Of a DNA stretch of 27,927 bases, positions 24,747 through 27,927 are shown piece after piece (positions within the stretch are counted from its first letter, which is position 1; each line of letters starts with the position of its first letter). This DNA is from Candidatus Rokuibacteriota bacterium (GTDB taxonomy: Bacteria > Methylomirabilota > Methylomirabilia > Rokubacteriales > CSP1-6). Where the stretch lies: the NCBI GenBank assembly GCA_016184305.1, contig JACPCX010000118.1:1-27927 (forward strand). The letters run 5' to 3'. The notes beneath the pieces were generated by a model, which was not told the DNA's origin, did no database searches, and saw only the letters and a program-made list of their open reading frames with translations. Position numbers and translations under genes: made by a program.

Positions 24747-26505
24747 TCAGGAAGCGGGTTGAGCCACGGGAGCGGGGCGGAGCCGCTGGATCGCGAACAC
24801 CGCGCCGAGAAGGGCGAAGCCGGCGAGGTCGGTGGCCAGCCCGGGCTTGATGAGGAGCAGGGCGGCGGCCAGCAGGGCGGCCCGCTCCGGCAGGCTCGCC
24901 GGCCGCAGCAGATACCCCATGGAGCCCGCGGCCAGCGCGATCACGCCGACACAGGCCGTCACCGTGGCCCAGACGATCTCCACGAGCGGCCCCTGCCAGA
25001 GGAGCGCCGGGGCATAGATGAACATGTAGGGGGCGATGAAGCCGGCGAGCCCCAGCCGGGTCGCGATGAGCGCCGTCTTCACCCAGTCCGCCCGCGCGAT
25101 GGCCGCGGCCACGTACACCGCGGCGCAGACGGGGGGCGTGATGGCCGAGATGATGGCGAAGTAGAAGACGAACAGGTGGGCGGCCAGCGGCAGCGCGCCT
25201 AGCTTGATCAGGGCCGGCGCCACCACGGAGGCCGCCAGCACATAGGCCGCCGTCGTGGGCAGCCCCATCCCCAGGATCAGGCAGACGACCATGGCAAGGG
25301 ATGCCCTTGCCCCCCGCCTCGAGCGCCCGCCACAGGCCCAGGACGCGCGCCCGGCAGTCCGCCAGCGAGGAGCCCGAGAGCACGAAGATGACCAGGGAGG
25401 CGATGATGGACCAGAAGGTCGAGGTCTGGGCCGTGTAGCCCTGGAGGAGGAAGTAGGTGAGCAGGATCACAGGGATGAAGAGGGCGGCCGAGCGCCGCCA
25501 GGCGAAAACGTCGCGCGCCCGGGGGATCAAGTCACGCGGGATGGTGCCGAGGCCCAGCCGCCGGGCCTCGAAGTGGATCGCGGCCCCGCAGCCCAGGTAA
25601 TAGAGGATGGCCGGCAGTGCCGCCGCGATGGCCACCTGGGTATAGGAGATCTGGAGCAATTCGGCCATGATGAAGGCCCCCGCCCCCATCACCGGAGGCA
25701 TGATCTGGCCCCCGGACGATGCCGTCGCCTCCACCGCCGCCGCGAACTCGGCCTTGTACTTCATCCGCTTCATCAGGGGGATGTTGAAGATGCCGTCCAC
25801 CACCACGTTGGCGACGGCCGAGCCGGAGATGGTGCCGAAGAACGCGGACGAGAAGACGGAGACCTTCGCGGGACCGCCGTGGGAGCGCCCGGCGATGAGC
25901 TTGGCCAGGTCCACGAAGGTCTCACCGCCCCCCGTGTGGTAGAGAACGGCGCCAAAGACGAGGAACACCGCCACCAGGGTCGCGGAGATGCCAGTCACGT
26001 TGCCGAGGATGCCCTGCGTGGAGAGGTACAGCGACTCCTGGATCGTCACCCAGCCGAAGCCCCGGTGCCCCCACGCCCCGGGGATGGAGGCGCCGAGATA
26101 GGCGTAGGCGATGGCGATGACACCGAGCGCGGTGAAGATGAGGCCGATGGTGCGCCGCGCCGCCTCCAGAGTCAGCACGGTCAGCACCAGCGCCGCCACG
26201 GCCAGGGCCGCGTCCAGCACCGTGGGCCGGCGAGCAGACGAGCGGCCAGGCCAGGCCGGGTAGAGGAGGAAACACAGGACGAAGGCAAAAGCCAGGTGCA
26301 CCGAGCGCTGGATCAGGTCGGGGAATGACCCCACGAACGGGGCGGCCGTGTAGATGTGGAAGAGCGCGAAGACCGCAGCGACGAGCGCCACGCCGGCCCC
26401 CACCGCGCCGGTGAGCGTTCTGGCGTCGGGCTCGTCGCTCTTGATCTCGCCGGGCAGGACCTCCGGCTCGACGGGGGCAGCGCTGCTGGACCGGGCTGGG
26501 GTCAC
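24747..26505 (-). pseudogene. Fused TRAP (4TM/12TM) permease, TAXI type, with a frameshifting deletion (~25299) and a probable in-frame deletion (~26185)
   Basis: GGPAKVSV, GSAVANVV, EATASSGGQIMPPVMGAGAF in one frame; LILGMGLPTTAAY..ITPPVC in another. Confidence 0.88.
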
Positions 26506-26509
26506 GCCC

Positions 26510-27430
26510 CTACTTGGCCTCCTGCGGGACGAGATGGTCGGGGACCTTCACGCCCTTCTCGCGGAAGTACTTCACGGCCCCCGCATGGAGGGGGGACAGC
26601 GATTGCTCCAGCGTGGCCTTGCCCAGGTCGTCGACCAGGCCCTTGAAGGCGGCCCGCTGGTGCTCCCTGTCCTCGATCACGGCCTTGACGAGCCGGTACG
26701 CCACGTCCACCGGCATGGACTTGGGAGCCGAGAAGCCGACCACCACGGCCTGGGTCCAGAACTCGCCCATGCCCTTGACGGACCCCGCCGGCACCCTGAC
26801 CCACGGGTAGTACGGGAATTGGGTCTTGACCTTGCGGACCTGCTCGTCGGTCCAGGGCAGGACGCGGATGGGCGTGCTGGTCGCGATGTCCATGGTGGAG
26901 GCGTCCAGGCGGAAGGCGTCGCCGGCCTTGGCGGTGCCGACGAGGCGCTTGTCCTTCATCGCGTCCACCAGGTCGGCGTTGCCGCCGCGGAACCAGTCGG
27001 CCTTGACGCCCAGGTGAGTGAGGGAGGCCTCGGTCATCTTCTCCGTCGCCGACCCGCGGAAGCCGGGGCTGAACTTCTTCCCGGCGAGCTCCTCGATGGA
27101 CTTGACGCCCGTCTCCTCGCGGACCACGACGTACACGGCCGAGATAGTGTAGTACCAGAGATTCCTGATATCCGGGAACGGGCCGTCCTTCCAGGTTCCC
27201 TCTCCCCTGTGGGCCAGGTACACCTGCTCGTTGGTGATGAGCCCATAGTCGATCGTGCCCTTCTGCATGCGCTTGAGGTTGTCCACGGTGGCCCCGGTCT
27301 CGACGACCGAGACGTCCACCTCGGGCACCGCCGTGTTGATGGCCTTGGCTTGGCCCACGCAGTACGCGTAGTGGCTGGAGGTCGCGGCGGTGCAGCCCAT
27401 GGCCAGGCGCTTCTTCTGCGCCTCCTCCTC
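26510..27430 (-). CDS. TAXI-family TRAP solute-binding protein; start codon and signal peptide missing as assembled
   Basis: ETGATVDNL, GFRGSATE, PLHAGAVKYFRE; frame reads EEEAQKKRLAMG with no hydrophobic leader. Confidence 0.88.
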   Translation of the reverse strand, partial: EEEAQKKRLAMGCTAATSSHYAYCVGQAKAINTAVPEVDVSVVETGATVDNLKRMQKGTIDYGLITNEQVYLAHRGEGTWKDGPFPDIRNLWYYTISAVYVVVREETGVKSIEELAGKKFSPGFRGSATEKMTEASLTHLGVKADWFRGGNADLVDAMKDKRLVGTAKAGDAFRLDASTMDIATSTPIRVLPWTDEQVRKVKTQFPYYPWVRVPAGSVKGMGEFWTQAVVVGFSAPKSMPVDVAYRLVKAVIEDREHQRAAFKGLVDDLGKATLEQSLSPLHAGAVKYFREKGVKVPDHLVPQEAK

Positions 27431-27452
27431 CCTAGACTTCGGGTGCGAGGCG

Positions 27453-27927
27453 TCAGGCGCTCGGAGCCGGCCGGCAGCCGCCTTCGAGGCCGATCGTGAA
27501 CGCGAGAATGTTCACAATGAGAGCCGGCAGGAGTCCCTGAAAGAAATCGACGGTGGCGAGGGTATCGGAAACCTGCGGGGAAGTAAAGCCGGCCGTCCCC
27601 CCCCGGCCTCGTAGGCCGGCGTCTGGATCCGCTGCTTCCAGTCCTGCCACACGACAGTCAGGCAGTCGGGCCACCGCCCCAGCACACGGTCGTCCGTGGG
27701 GACGAAGGTCGTTCCGTGGGTCTGCATCATCTCCGTGTAGATCGCGTGGGCCGCGGGGGGCGCCTCCTCCATCTCCACGAGCTTGAGCTCCTGAAAGCGG
27801 GTGGGATTGGTGTGCATCGGCAGGAGGTGCGCCCAGGGCTTGCCGGAGAGCGGGTGCCCGGAAAGCGAGGACTGGAGCGCCGAGGCGATCAGGAAGAGGA
27901 ACGGGTCGCAGTAGAGGACGAAGTCGA
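27453..27927 (-). pseudogene. DehI-family (group I haloacid dehalogenase-like) protein, truncated by the window edge and frameshifted near 27600
   Basis: LYCDPFLFLIA..LVEMEEA....IY.EM....FVPTDDRVLGRWPD..VWQDWK, then in another frame DFFQGLLPALIVNI. Confidence 0.65.

Noticed and set aside
27597..27604. Phase-variable homopolymer or programmed frameshift in the DehI-like gene
   Set aside because: The rejoined protein still seems to lack a helix between AYEA and AGFT, which favours a deletion; not fully excluded
1..27927. Programmed DNA elimination explaining the many deletions
   Set aside because: No shared motif seen across the junctions; assembly error or ordinary decay is simpler

Overview
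GC-rich bacterial window; gene style suggests Ca. Rokubacteria/Methylomirabilota, which is an unverified inference. It has three zones. (1) Bases 1-5.8 kb are a decayed accessory segment: a tRNA 3'-half (att-like) scar, a collapsed Zn-ribbon/possible HEPN gene between inverted repeats, small hypotheticals, a Sel1 protein, a DUF433/DUF5615 toxin-antitoxin pair, enzyme remnants, a Zn-dehydrogenase missing its catalytic-Zn segment and a DEDDh exonuclease. (2) Bases 5.8-24.7 kb are a largely intact lipid/carbon-storage region: two acyl-CoA ligases, a PHA cluster (phasin-like, phaR, phaB remnant, phaJ-like MaoC, short PhaE, PhaC), a pair of class III CoA-transferases, and SCP2, SDR and crotonase genes behind a Bacillus-type FadR with a matching operator. 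Tandem PilZ, Ser/Thr dehydratase, SppA, pilin, FecR, crotonase and CoA-Nudix genes follow. (3) Bases 24.7-27.9 kb are a damaged DehI-like dehalogenase plus TAXI-TRAP transporter operon running off the window edge. Window-wide observations: about 10 deletion-like junctions and an exact 99-bp duplication at base 1 (assembly artefact or real decay, unresolved), a repeat family sitting on CTAG stop codons, and several apparently leaderless genes. Family assignments come from motif recognition only; no searches were run.
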